In this document: one piece after another, positions 38,573-48,031 of the stretch | Position numbering within the stretch: position 1 is the stretch's first letter | How the letters are laid out: every line of letters begins with the position of its first letter | Source of the DNA: Chthonomonadales bacterium | GTDB taxonomy: Bacteria > Armatimonadota > Chthonomonadetes > Chthonomonadales > CAJBBX01 | Direction: 5' to 3' | Length of the DNA: 64,000 bases | Assembly (NCBI GenBank): GCA_037443035.1 | Contig: JBBIPC010000008.1 | Location: 32,001 to 96,000, forward strand | Position numbers and translations under genes: made by a program | The notes under the pieces: generated by a model | The model's database searches: none | The model's input: only the letters and a program-made list of their open reading frames with translations | What the model was told of the DNA's origin: nothing

Positions 38573-39529
38573 GTGGGCAGCTATCACGTGCCAGTCATGG
38601 CAGGCGAGTGCGCGGGATGGCTCGAGGCTGACAGGAAAAGAGTTCTCGTTGACGCGACGGTAGGAGGGGGCGGCCATGCTGCCGAGCTCGCGCGGCGCAT
38701 GCGCAAAGACGGGCTGCTCGTGATCGTGGATGCCCTGGACGTGGCGGTCGAAACGGCGACGGAGCGGCTCCGAGCCTATGGCGTCCAGGTGATGCCGATT
38801 GTGGGGAACTTTCGCAACCTCGCCGAGATGCTTCGCGAACGGGGACTAGAGGAAGTGGACGGGGTGCTCTACGACCAAGGCTTGAGCTCAGCGGACTTCG
38901 AAGGCGATCGCGGCTATTCCTTCCGCGGCGATGCTCCTCTCGACATGCGTCGGGATGCCACCGCCACAAGGTCGGCTGCCGATCTGGTCAACACGCTCGA
39001 CCGGCGTCAGTTGGCGCACCTCCTACGCGAGTTTGGCGACGAACGCTGGGCCGACCGGATAGCCCGGGCCGTTGTCGAGAGGCGCGCTATAGAGCCCATT
39101 ACGCGCACCGCGCAGCTTGTGAGTCTGATCGAGCAGGCCGTTCCGCGCGCTGCGTGGCCCCGGGATATCCATGTAGCGACGAGAACGATGATGGCGCTCC
39201 GGTTCGCCGTCAACGACGACGTTGGTGCGATCCAGCAGTCCATCGAGGGCATTGCGCCCATGCTCTCCGAAGGCGGCCGCATCGTCTGTCTCAGCTACTG
39301 CAGCACAGAGGATCGGGCTGTGAAGCACGTCTTCCGACGGATGGAGAATCCTTGCACCTGTCCACGCGGACTAGCGGTATGTGCCTGCGGCCGCAAGCCA
39401 CTGCTGAGGGTACTGACCAAGCGTGGCGTGCGACCCGGCAGCGAAGAGCTGCAACGTAACCGCCGGGCCCGTAGCGCGATAGCCCGTGTCGCAGAGCGCG
39501 TACGCGCGCGGGCCAACAACTCCCAGTGA
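38573..39529 (+). CDS. rsmH: 16S rRNA m4C1402 methyltransferase
   Basis: HVPVM, VDATVGGGGH, PLDMR, S.EDR.VK, RARSA. Confidence 0.92.
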   Translation: MGSYHVPVMAGECAGWLEADRKRVLVDATVGGGGHAAELARRMRKDGLLVIVDALDVAVETATERLRAYGVQVMPIVGNFRNLAEMLRERGLEEVDGVLYDQGLSSADFEGDRGYSFRGDAPLDMRRDATATRSAADLVNTLDRRQLAHLLREFGDERWADRIARAVVERRAIEPITRTAQLVSLIEQAVPRAAWPRDIHVATRTMMALRFAVNDDVGAIQQSIEGIAPMLSEGGRIVCLSYCSTEDRAVKHVFRRMENPCTCPRGLAVCACGRKPLLRVLTKRGVRPGSEELQRNRRARSAIARVAERVRARANNSQ

Positions 39530-39558
39530 ACGGAAACTGGACTTGCGGAGGGTCTGCC

Positions 39559-39939
39559 ATGGCGATTGATACACGAAGCAGGCTTGCTACTACCGGTGGA
39601 GTAGAGTTCCGGACCGCCCGCCTCGTGCGGTCGCGTAGCGAACTCGACCTGCACGCATGGCTGCTCTACCTTGCCTATGCGGTGTTGCTAGCAGCATTGC
39701 TCCTCTTGCCGCTGCTACCGTTCTTGTGCGAGTCGGCAGCGCAGGCCCGGCTTACCTCTGCCACCCGCGAGCGGGAATCCGTCGAAGCACACATTGCGGA
39801 AGCGAAGGCAGACTTCAGCCGCCTGCAGGAGGCCCTCGACGAAGCTCTCAGCTCCGCGCGGATAGCGGCCCTGGCCAAAGCTGCCGATATGGTTCCTCCC
39901 GGAGATCCCGTGCTGCTGGGTCCTGCGAAGTCACGATGA
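39559..39939 (+). CDS. FtsL-like cell division protein
   Basis: Single TM plus coiled coil between rsmH and the PBP gene; GGAGG RBS. Confidence 0.65.
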   Translation: MAIDTRSRLATTGGVEFRTARLVRSRSELDLHAWLLYLAYAVLLAALLLLPLLPFLCESAAQARLTSATRERESVEAHIAEAKADFSRLQEALDEALSSARIAALAKAADMVPPGDPVLLGPAKSR

Positions 39940-39951
39940 CCTAGGCTCACG

Positions 39952-41826
39952 ATGCCGCGCACTCCCGCCGATCCGGTAGCTAGGCGCCAGCGACAGCTTG
40001 CTGTCGCTGGGCTGCTCATGGGGCTCGCCCTTGTTGCGCGTGTGGTCTATTTCAAGACCGTCCTCGCTCCGCACTTCCGCGAGCTAAGCGACAAGATGCG
40101 GAAGCAAGCGTATATCAAGCCCACGGGACGCGGCGACGTACTGGATCGGAATGGTCGAACAGTGGCTAGGACCAAGGTCATTCGGGTGTGTGTATTCAAT
40201 CCGACGATCCCACGGTCGGCTCACAGCGACCGGATGCACGAGAACGGTGCGGCAGCGGCCGAGCTGCTAGAGGCGGTTCTGGCTGTGCCGCGAGAGACGA
40301 TTCTCCGGCGAATGTACGGCGAGTTGGGCGAAGGCGACTATGCGGCTCGTCGGCGTATAAAGATCGGTCTGACCACCGAGGAAGCGGACGCCGTGCAGTA
40401 CTTGAAGCGCCAACGTGCATTTCGCAACATCCTCGCTCGGTTCGATGTAGCCGAGGACGAGGAGCGGGAGTACCCAGGTGGCGATGCCTGTGCAACCATT
40501 CTGGGGAAGGTGATCCCGGCCCCGTTTGGCATGCTCCGCGGTATCGGCGGACTGGAGGACTGGGCTGATCCCATCCTGTCGGGAAGTCCTGGATGGTATA
40601 CGGGCCGCGTGGATGCTGCACAACGTGTGAACCCCCTCATGCCCCTGCGCGACGCTGCGCCCGTACAAGGGATGAACCTGCAGCTTACCATCGACACTAT
40701 CATCCAGCAGATCTGCGCCGAGGAGCTCGATCGCTGCATGCAAGAAAAGACACCCGTGGGAGCGACGGCGATCGTGCTCGATCCGTACACGGGTGAAGTC
40801 TTGGCCATGGTCAGCCGATCGGGTAAGCAGCCTGCAGCACCGAAGGGTGCCGCACAGGGTGATGGTCCTCCGGAGGCTTCGTACAATCGCGCTCTCATGC
40901 CCTACGAACCGGGCTCCGTAATGAAGCCGATCACGGTGGCGCTTGGACTCGAGTGGCGTGTCGTCCGCCCAGTCGAGTCGATCCCGTGCGAGTCCAACTG
41001 GATCCCCCACAAGAGGCGCGTTCGGTGCGAAGCGCACAGATCTAGCTTGCCAGCGCCAGGAACCAACACACCGCGCATGATCGTGGCGAAATCGTGCAAT
41101 GTCGCCACGGGGAAGATAGCCATACGGCTCGGGCCACGACGGCTACACGAGGGCCTCGGGCGGTTCGGGCTGCTATCGCGCACTGGCATCGAACTGCCCG
41201 GGGACGTGGGCGGCTACTCCCTGAGCGATCCGGCGCAGATTGCCAGTCGGGGCGCAGGGTGGAAGGACGATATCGCCCGGGTTGGCTTCGGGCAGGGGGT
41301 TGCCGTTACCCCTCTTGCCATGGCGGCTGCCTTCGGCGTTTTCGCCAATCAAGGCCTTCTTGTGCGACCTAGGATCCTTCGCTCCTATGGCTACCCCGGC
41401 TCACGCCCCGTGCATGTGTACGAGCGGCCCGAGCCCGAGCGCGTGATCTCTCCCGCAACAGCATCGGCCATGCGGGAGTACCTTCGGGCAGTGGTTCAGA
41501 TCGGCACGGGCAAGAATGCCGCCATCCCGGGTTATACAACCGGCGGCAAGACCGGCACAGCAATGAAGGTGAAACATGGCAGGTACGACGGGTATATTGC
41601 ATCATTCATAGGCCTCGTCCCCGTCACCAAACCCCGCGCAGTGATTGCAGTCGTCGTGGATGAGCCCCACGGTGGCTATCACGGGTCACAAGCCGCAGCG
41701 CCGACTTGGGGACGTATCGCAGCGCGGCTGATGGCGTACTGGCACGTTCCGCCTGAGCTAAGCGCCAAGGATGCTCCGCAGGGCGAGCGTCGAGGACAGA
41801 GCGGCCAAGCCCCCATAGGGGACTAG
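39952..41826 (+). CDS. ftsI: class B penicillin-binding protein (FtsI-like)
   Basis: GRGDVLDRNG, LTID, EPGSVMK (SxxK), SCN (SxN), KTGT; position in dcw. Confidence 0.88.
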   Translation: MPRTPADPVARRQRQLAVAGLLMGLALVARVVYFKTVLAPHFRELSDKMRKQAYIKPTGRGDVLDRNGRTVARTKVIRVCVFNPTIPRSAHSDRMHENGAAAAELLEAVLAVPRETILRRMYGELGEGDYAARRRIKIGLTTEEADAVQYLKRQRAFRNILARFDVAEDEEREYPGGDACATILGKVIPAPFGMLRGIGGLEDWADPILSGSPGWYTGRVDAAQRVNPLMPLRDAAPVQGMNLQLTIDTIIQQICAEELDRCMQEKTPVGATAIVLDPYTGEVLAMVSRSGKQPAAPKGAAQGDGPPEASYNRALMPYEPGSVMKPITVALGLEWRVVRPVESIPCESNWIPHKRRVRCEAHRSSLPAPGTNTPRMIVAKSCNVATGKIAIRLGPRRLHEGLGRFGLLSRTGIELPGDVGGYSLSDPAQIASRGAGWKDDIARVGFGQGVAVTPLAMAAAFGVFANQGLLVRPRILRSYGYPGSRPVHVYERPEPERVISPATASAMREYLRAVVQIGTGKNAAIPGYTTGGKTGTAMKVKHGRYDGYIASFIGLVPVTKPRAVIAVVVDEPHGGYHGSQAAAPTWGRIAARLMAYWHVPPELSAKDAPQGERRGQSGQAPIGD

Positions 41827-41844
41827 AAGCAGGATAACCATCCC

Positions 41845-43338
41845 ATGTATTCCACGAAAGGCATCACTCTCGGAGAGCTGGCTGAGCGCATAGACGGCGC
41901 CGTGCTAAGAGGGAAGCCGACTGTCAGAGTCACAGGCGTCCAGCACGACTCGCGTGAGGTGCAGCCGGGCGATCTATTTGCCTGCATCGTCGGGCAGAGA
42001 CACGATGGTCATGAGTACGCGGGCGATGCCGTAGCGCGTGGCGCCGTGGGACTGCTCGTATCGCGCGATCGCCCGACAGTCCTGCTACCGGACGTGCCGT
42101 GTCTGCTGGTCGAGGACACGCGTCTAGCGCTGCCGGCGGCAGCATCGGCCGTCTTCGGGGAACCGAGTCGATCGCTGGAAGTCGTCGGCGTGACAGGTAC
42201 CAATGGCAAGACTACGACAACAGCCATGGTGGAGGCTATTGCGCGTGCGACCGGTCGGAAGACGGGAAGGATCGGCACGCTTGGCGCGACGGCCCTGGGC
42301 GAGGACTTGCCGTGCGCCCACACCACACCAGAGGCAGATGATCTCCAGCGGCTCTTCGCTCTGATGCTGGAACGGGGCGTCACGACCGTGGCCATGGAGG
42401 TGAGTAGCCACGGTCTCGCCCTCCATCGAACAGATTGCACAGCCTTCAGAGTCGGGGTCTTCCAGAACCTCACGCAAGACCACCTGGACTACCATGGCGA
42501 TCTGAGTGCTTATTTCGCCGCGAAACTGAGACTGTTCACGGAATACCCTCGCTGGTCACCTCACGGCTTCACAGCGGTCGTCAATCTGGACGATCCTCGA
42601 GGGTCCGAGGTTGCGCAGGCGACTGTTGGGCAAGTCATCACGTTCGGAACAAGCGCGAACGCCGATATACGGGCGAATGTCATCACTGCTCGTGCGGACG
42701 AGACCCGATTCTTGGTAGATGGTCTGTGCGGCCGAATGGAGATCTGCCTACCGATTGGAGGACTGTTTCAGGTCGCCAACGCCCTGGGTGCTATTGGCGC
42801 CGCCATGGCCCTCGGGTTCTCAGCTTCTTCGATCGTGACGGGGTTGCACTCCATGCGACCCGTGCCTGGTAGGTTCGAAGCCGTGCCGACTGGCAGGCCA
42901 TGGAGCGTCATCGTGGACTTCGCTCATACGCCGGATGGCCTGCAATCGCTGCTTACCTCTGCACGTGCCCTGAAGCCGTCGAGGCTGATACTAGTCTTCG
43001 GCTGCGGTGGTAATCGCGATCGCACCAAGCGGCCCATCATGGGTCGCATCGCCGGCGAAGGAGCCGACGTGGTCGTCGTCACCTCTGACAACCCGCGACA
43101 CGAGAAGCCAGAGGACATCATTCAGGAAATCCTGCCTGGCATTAGAGGCACAGATGCGGAAGTGCATGTCGAACCAGACCGTCGGAAGGCCACTCACCTG
43201 GCCCTCAGCCTTGCCCGTGGAGGCGACCTGGTACTCCTCGCGGGAAAGGGTGGCGAGCGGGAGATGATCGTCGGCGATGAGCGGATACCCTACGACGACA
43301 CGGTCGTCGTCCGTGAACTACTGGAGCAGCTCCCGTGA
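41845..43338 (+). CDS. murE: UDP-MurNAc-L-Ala-D-Glu:meso-DAP ligase
   Basis: GTNGKTTT, MEVSSH, NLTQDHLDYH, DFAHTPD, GCGGNRD, DNPR (DAP-type motif). Confidence 0.95.
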   Translation: MYSTKGITLGELAERIDGAVLRGKPTVRVTGVQHDSREVQPGDLFACIVGQRHDGHEYAGDAVARGAVGLLVSRDRPTVLLPDVPCLLVEDTRLALPAAASAVFGEPSRSLEVVGVTGTNGKTTTTAMVEAIARATGRKTGRIGTLGATALGEDLPCAHTTPEADDLQRLFALMLERGVTTVAMEVSSHGLALHRTDCTAFRVGVFQNLTQDHLDYHGDLSAYFAAKLRLFTEYPRWSPHGFTAVVNLDDPRGSEVAQATVGQVITFGTSANADIRANVITARADETRFLVDGLCGRMEICLPIGGLFQVANALGAIGAAMALGFSASSIVTGLHSMRPVPGRFEAVPTGRPWSVIVDFAHTPDGLQSLLTSARALKPSRLILVFGCGGNRDRTKRPIMGRIAGEGADVVVVTSDNPRHEKPEDIIQEILPGIRGTDAEVHVEPDRRKATHLALSLARGGDLVLLAGKGGEREMIVGDERIPYDDTVVVRELLEQLP

Positions 43339-44330
43339 CGGTGATGGGCGGACTGAGCACGTCGCTCTTCTGCATGGTGCTCTCGATCGTCGCGACCATA
43401 GCCGCGGGCTACCCGCTGCTGCGCTCGCTGACCAAGGCTGGCATTCGGCAAAGCGTGTCTTCCGATGCACCCGGACGTCATGCCTCGAAAGAAGGTACGC
43501 CCACCATGGGGGGCCTGACCATGGCAGTTGGGCTCGTTGCGGGCGGAGCGGCGCTAGCGCTAATGGGTCGGTGGAACCGAGATGTGGCAGCCGCAGGGAT
43601 AGTCTCGTTGGCATTTGGCTGCATCGGCTTCCTCGATGATTACCTGATCGTTAGACGCGGACGCAATCTCGGTCTCACGGCGCGGCAGAAGCTTGCCCTG
43701 CAGTTCTGCGTAGCGGCCGTCTTCACCGCCTGGCTGCGTTCCGTGCGAGGTACGGAGAGCGGTACGACGGTGGCAGGGCTGGATCTTGGCGTGTGGTACT
43801 ACCTTATTGCCGTGCTTCTCGTGGTAGGCCTGAGCAACGCAACCAATCTGGCGGATGGTCTCGACGGGCTTTCGGCGGGAATGAGCGCCATCGTATTCAT
43901 CGGTCTTGGCATGCTAGGCGGAACTCCATCACCGGCAGCGTGGATACTCGCTGGTGCGTGTGCGGGCATGCTCTGGTTCAACTTGCATCCAGCTCTCGTT
44001 TTCATGGGGAACACCGGCGCGCTGGCTCTGGGGGCAGCCATGGCCACCATCGGTCTGCTAGGACGCCATGAGCTTCCACTTCAGCTAGCGGCCATCGTCT
44101 TCTGGGCGGAGACCCTTTCCGTCATGGCACAAGTCCTGGTCTTCAAATGGCGCAAGCGGGCGCATGGCGTGGAATACGCGCGGGCGCATCGGCTGTTTCG
44201 TCGGGCGCCGCTGCATCATCACCTGGAGGAGATCGGATGGCCGGAGACGAGGATCGTGGGTCGCCTGTGGCTCATCACCGGCCTGTCAACGGTGCTCGCT
44301 GTTCTGTGGGCGAGGACAGGCTGGGCATAG
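43335..44330 (+). CDS. mraY: phospho-MurNAc-pentapeptide transferase
   Basis: KEGTPTMGG, GFLDDY, NATNLADGLDGL, FMGNTG, APLHHH. Confidence 0.93.
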   Translation: MTVMGGLSTSLFCMVLSIVATIAAGYPLLRSLTKAGIRQSVSSDAPGRHASKEGTPTMGGLTMAVGLVAGGAALALMGRWNRDVAAAGIVSLAFGCIGFLDDYLIVRRGRNLGLTARQKLALQFCVAAVFTAWLRSVRGTESGTTVAGLDLGVWYYLIAVLLVVGLSNATNLADGLDGLSAGMSAIVFIGLGMLGGTPSPAAWILAGACAGMLWFNLHPALVFMGNTGALALGAAMATIGLLGRHELPLQLAAIVFWAETLSVMAQVLVFKWRKRAHGVEYARAHRLFRRAPLHHHLEEIGWPETRIVGRLWLITGLSTVLAVLWARTGWA

Positions 44331-44385
44331 CTCGGGAAGATGCGGCATAGGGACACCTGGACACGACCAATAAGGAAAGAAGTAA

Positions 44386-45813
44386 GTGACACTGGCACTT
44401 AGAACGAAGCAGTTCATGGGTCGGCGCGTTGCAGTCATCGGCGCTGCACGCACGGGCAGAGCGGTGTCTGCCGTCTTGACCAGGCTCGGCGCGACGGTGC
44501 GGCTGAGCGATGCAAAGTCCCCCGAGGAGCTGGCGGAGGATTATCGAGAGGCATCGGCACTAGCGGTGGAAGTCCTGGCGGGCGCTTCGCCGGAAGCGGC
44601 GCTGGAAGGCGTTGATCTCGTAGTCCCGTCGCCGGGCGTGCGCCGCAACTCGCCGACCCTTCGGCTCGCCATGGAGCGGAGCATTCCCATCCTTTCGGAA
44701 GTCGAGATTGCATATCGTATTGCGCGCTGCCCCATCCTCGCCGTGACCGGTACCAACGGGAAGAGCACTACCGTCGTCTGGCTGGCGCGGATGCTGCAGA
44801 CGTCGGGTTACCGCGCCCACATTGCTGGTAACATCGCCACGGACACGATCCAGCGTACGCTCATAGATGCCGCCGAAGAGGCCGAAGAGCAAGACGTCAT
44901 CGTGGCCGAAGTCAGCTCGTTCCAACTCGAGTGGGTGGAGAGATTCAGGCCGAAGATCGGAGTGCTCACGAACATCCGGCGCGACCATCTGGCAGCGCAC
45001 GGTGGTTTCGAAGCCTATGCGGCGTGCAAGGCGCGCATGTTCGCGGCACAGAGGCCGGATGACATCGCCATCCTGAACGCAGTCAACGCTCCTAGCAGGC
45101 GTGTTGCGGCCAATCTCCGGTCGCGCGTGGTCTGGTTCGACCGCGGTCACTGCGAGTCAGAGGAGTGGGCGTCTGTCCGAGATCAGTATCTGACGGTTCG
45201 TCTCAAGGGCTCCGAGTACAGACTCGTTCATGTAGACGAGCTGCAACTCCCGGGCCGACACAACGTGGAGAACGCGCTCGCTGCGTCGGCCGCAGCGTTG
45301 GCCTACGGAGCGGATCCTGAGGCAGTGGCTGTGGAGCTTCGGGCGTTCGACGGCTTGGATCATCGAATGGAGATCGTCGCCGAGCATGGGGGCGTCACAT
45401 TCATCAACAGCTCCATGACTACCAATGTGGATTCGGCTGTCCGTGTCCTGGAGACTGTGGGTCGGCACATTATCCTGATTGCTGGCGGCGCACCCAAGGG
45501 CGAGGACTTCGGTCCGCTCGGGCGTGCCATGGCGAGGTATGTGAATCACGCCATCCTCATTGGAGAAGCAGCGCCCGTCATCGAAACGGCGGCGTTCGAC
45601 GCGGATTTTCACAACGTCAGTCGGGCAGATAGCCTCGAAGACGCCGTACGTCAGGCAGCACTACGCGCACGACCCGGCGACACAGTGCTTCTCGCCCCTG
45701 CGTGTGCTAGTCACGATATGTTTCGCGATTTCCAGGAGAGGGGACGGGTCTTCCGATATGCCGTGGCCCAGTTGATGGCCGAAGAATCCGGCGGTATGGC
45801 TGACGAACCATGA
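44386..45813 (+). CDS. murD: UDP-MurNAc-L-Ala:D-Glu ligase
   Basis: SPGV, TGTNGKST, EVSSFQL, DHL, HRME, LAPACAS.D.F. Confidence 0.93.
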   Translation: MTLALRTKQFMGRRVAVIGAARTGRAVSAVLTRLGATVRLSDAKSPEELAEDYREASALAVEVLAGASPEAALEGVDLVVPSPGVRRNSPTLRLAMERSIPILSEVEIAYRIARCPILAVTGTNGKSTTVVWLARMLQTSGYRAHIAGNIATDTIQRTLIDAAEEAEEQDVIVAEVSSFQLEWVERFRPKIGVLTNIRRDHLAAHGGFEAYAACKARMFAAQRPDDIAILNAVNAPSRRVAANLRSRVVWFDRGHCESEEWASVRDQYLTVRLKGSEYRLVHVDELQLPGRHNVENALAASAAALAYGADPEAVAVELRAFDGLDHRMEIVAEHGGVTFINSSMTTNVDSAVRVLETVGRHIILIAGGAPKGEDFGPLGRAMARYVNHAILIGEAAPVIETAAFDADFHNVSRADSLEDAVRQAALRARPGDTVLLAPACASHDMFRDFQERGRVFRYAVAQLMAEESGGMADEP

Positions 45814-46955
45814 ACACGGAACGATTGCTGCAGACTACCTCGATCCTTGCATGCGTAGCGGTCGTGGTGCTGACGGGTATGGGTATTCTCATGACACAAG
45901 CAGCGAGCAACCCCGCTCAGTTGGGGGTGACCCCATGGCACACCGCACCTGTCGTCAAGCAGATCCTGGCTGCAGTCATAGGACTGGCCGTCATGTTCGT
46001 CATGTCGCGCGTTACATACGACCAGTTGCGGCAGGCAGCGTTGCCGTTTCTACTTGTCTGCGGCGTCATGCTGGTGCTTGTCTTCGTGCCGGGTGTACGC
46101 GCGCCCATTGGTACGTTCTACAGACGCATTGGCTATGCGAGTTGGACCGTCCAGCCCAGCGAATTCGCCAAGCTGGCCCTGGTACTGTTTCTTGCGAGCC
46201 ACTTGTGCGTGCGGAGGCGTGACCCGACCGCTCGGAAGACGCTGGGGGGTGCCCTCTTTGCGATACTCGCCGTAGCGCTTCTCGTAGAGCGGGAGCCGGA
46301 TCTCGGAACGGCCATCGTCATCGTCCTGACGGGCTTCACAGTACTCTACGTTGCCGGTGCAAAGACCAGGCATCTTGCGGCCGTGCTCGCGACCTTGATG
46401 GTTATCGGCTTGGCCTCGGTGGTGCTTGGCGACAGAATAGGGGCGGGGCACCGGACCAGCAGGTTCGCGGGGTGGTGGGATCCCGAAGGCCACGCGAGGG
46501 ACGCAGGATATCAAGTGCTTCAGAGCCTAATCTCGATATCGGCATCGGGTCTCCGTGGCACCGGGCTGGGAGCGGGAGAGCTGCGCTTCTACATTCCGGC
46601 ATCGAATACAGACTACGTCATGGCTGCCGTCGCTGAGGAGATGGGGATCATGGGGATCCTCGTAGTAGCGATTTGCATCGCGGTCATCGTCCTGCATGCC
46701 CACCTGATCGTCGTGCACAACAGGGATCCTTTCGTGCGATATACCGCCGCCGGGATCGGAGCGATGATCATGTGGCAGGCCATCATCAACGTGGCTGTCG
46801 TGACGAACTGTATTCCCTGCACGGGAGTCACCATGCCGTTCATCAGCTTCGGCACCTCTTCCCTCGTTGCTATGTCCGCCGCTGTTGGGATTCTTCTGCG
46901 CCCCATACCGCTGGAAGCCCTTTTCGGGCGGACAGTGGCGAGGGCTTCGTCATGA
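45810..46955 (+). CDS. ftsW: SEDS peptidoglycan polymerase FtsW
   Basis: QPSEFAK, EPDLGT, GYQ, NTDY..EEMG, TGVTMPFISFGTSS. Confidence 0.9.
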   Translation: MNTERLLQTTSILACVAVVVLTGMGILMTQAASNPAQLGVTPWHTAPVVKQILAAVIGLAVMFVMSRVTYDQLRQAALPFLLVCGVMLVLVFVPGVRAPIGTFYRRIGYASWTVQPSEFAKLALVLFLASHLCVRRRDPTARKTLGGALFAILAVALLVEREPDLGTAIVIVLTGFTVLYVAGAKTRHLAAVLATLMVIGLASVVLGDRIGAGHRTSRFAGWWDPEGHARDAGYQVLQSLISISASGLRGTGLGAGELRFYIPASNTDYVMAAVAEEMGIMGILVVAICIAVIVLHAHLIVVHNRDPFVRYTAAGIGAMIMWQAIINVAVVTNCIPCTGVTMPFISFGTSSLVAMSAAVGILLRPIPLEALFGRTVARASS

Positions 46956-48031
46956 AAGTCGCCATTACGGGCGGCGGCACGGGCGGGCATATCTACCCGG
47001 CACTCGCCGTCGGCGAGTTCCTGTCACGCACGTACCCCGACGTTCGTGTTTGCTTCATCGGCGCATCTGGAGGGATGGAGGAGCGGCTCGCGCAGTCGAG
47101 CGGTTTCCCTTTCTCGGGCGTGGTGGCACGGAAGATACGCAGGCTTATCTCGCCGGACACCGTGGTGACGCTGCTCGTCCTTGGCAGGGGATGGCTGCAG
47201 GCGCGTCGCCATCTGCGGACGATCTCGCCGAGTGTCGTGTTGGGTACGGGCGGTTACGTGGCCGCCGCCACGGTCATTGCAGCCAGCGGTCTCGGCTTGC
47301 CCGTCGTCATTCATGAGCAGAACGCCATCGGCGGTAGGACGAACCGATGGCTCGCACGCCTGGCAGCACGCGTCTGTCTAACCTACGAGGAAAGCCTGCC
47401 TAACTTCCCTCGGGAACGTGCCGTTGTCACTGGATTGCCTATTCGCGCCGATCTGGTGGGGACAGTGGAGCGAGGGGAGGCACACCGAGCGCTCGGAGTA
47501 CCGCCCGAGAGCTTCATGGTTCTTGTGCTTGGAGGGAGTCAGGGAGCACAGGCGCTGAACAAGGTAGTACGGGAGGCCATATCGCGCCTTCCGGACAACG
47601 TGTTTGTCTTGCATCAGACGGGACCGACGGACGCCGATCCTTGTGGAAGCCGAGAGCGGTACCGGCCGGTAGCCTTTCTCGACACGAAGATGCTGCGATT
47701 GGCCTACCACGCGGCGGACTTGGCCCTCAGCCGTTGCGGAGCGTCCACGCTGGCGGAACTCGCAGTAGCCGGGCTGCCAGCCATGCTCGTGCCGTATCCG
47801 GCAGCGTATGCGGACCATCAGACGGCCAATGCACGGGTTGTGGTGCGCCATGGCGCTGCCGTGCTGATACCGCAGGCAGAGCTGACCCCTGCTCGCTTCG
47901 TCGGAGAGGTCATCGCGCTCATGGAGGATCGCGAACGCCTCGAGAGCATGGCTCGCGCATCAGCAGCGCTCGCCAGACCCAACGCGGCGGAGCAGGTCGG
48001 GAGGTTGGTGATCGAGTGCGCGAAGAAGTGA
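46952..48031 (+). CDS. murG: lipid II GlcNAc transferase
   Basis: GGGTGGHIYPA, GGYV, HEQN, GGSQGA, HQTANA. Confidence 0.95.
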   Translation: MKVAITGGGTGGHIYPALAVGEFLSRTYPDVRVCFIGASGGMEERLAQSSGFPFSGVVARKIRRLISPDTVVTLLVLGRGWLQARRHLRTISPSVVLGTGGYVAAATVIAASGLGLPVVIHEQNAIGGRTNRWLARLAARVCLTYEESLPNFPRERAVVTGLPIRADLVGTVERGEAHRALGVPPESFMVLVLGGSQGAQALNKVVREAISRLPDNVFVLHQTGPTDADPCGSRERYRPVAFLDTKMLRLAYHAADLALSRCGASTLAELAVAGLPAMLVPYPAAYADHQTANARVVVRHGAAVLIPQAELTPARFVGEVIALMEDRERLESMARASAALARPNAAEQVGRLVIECAKK

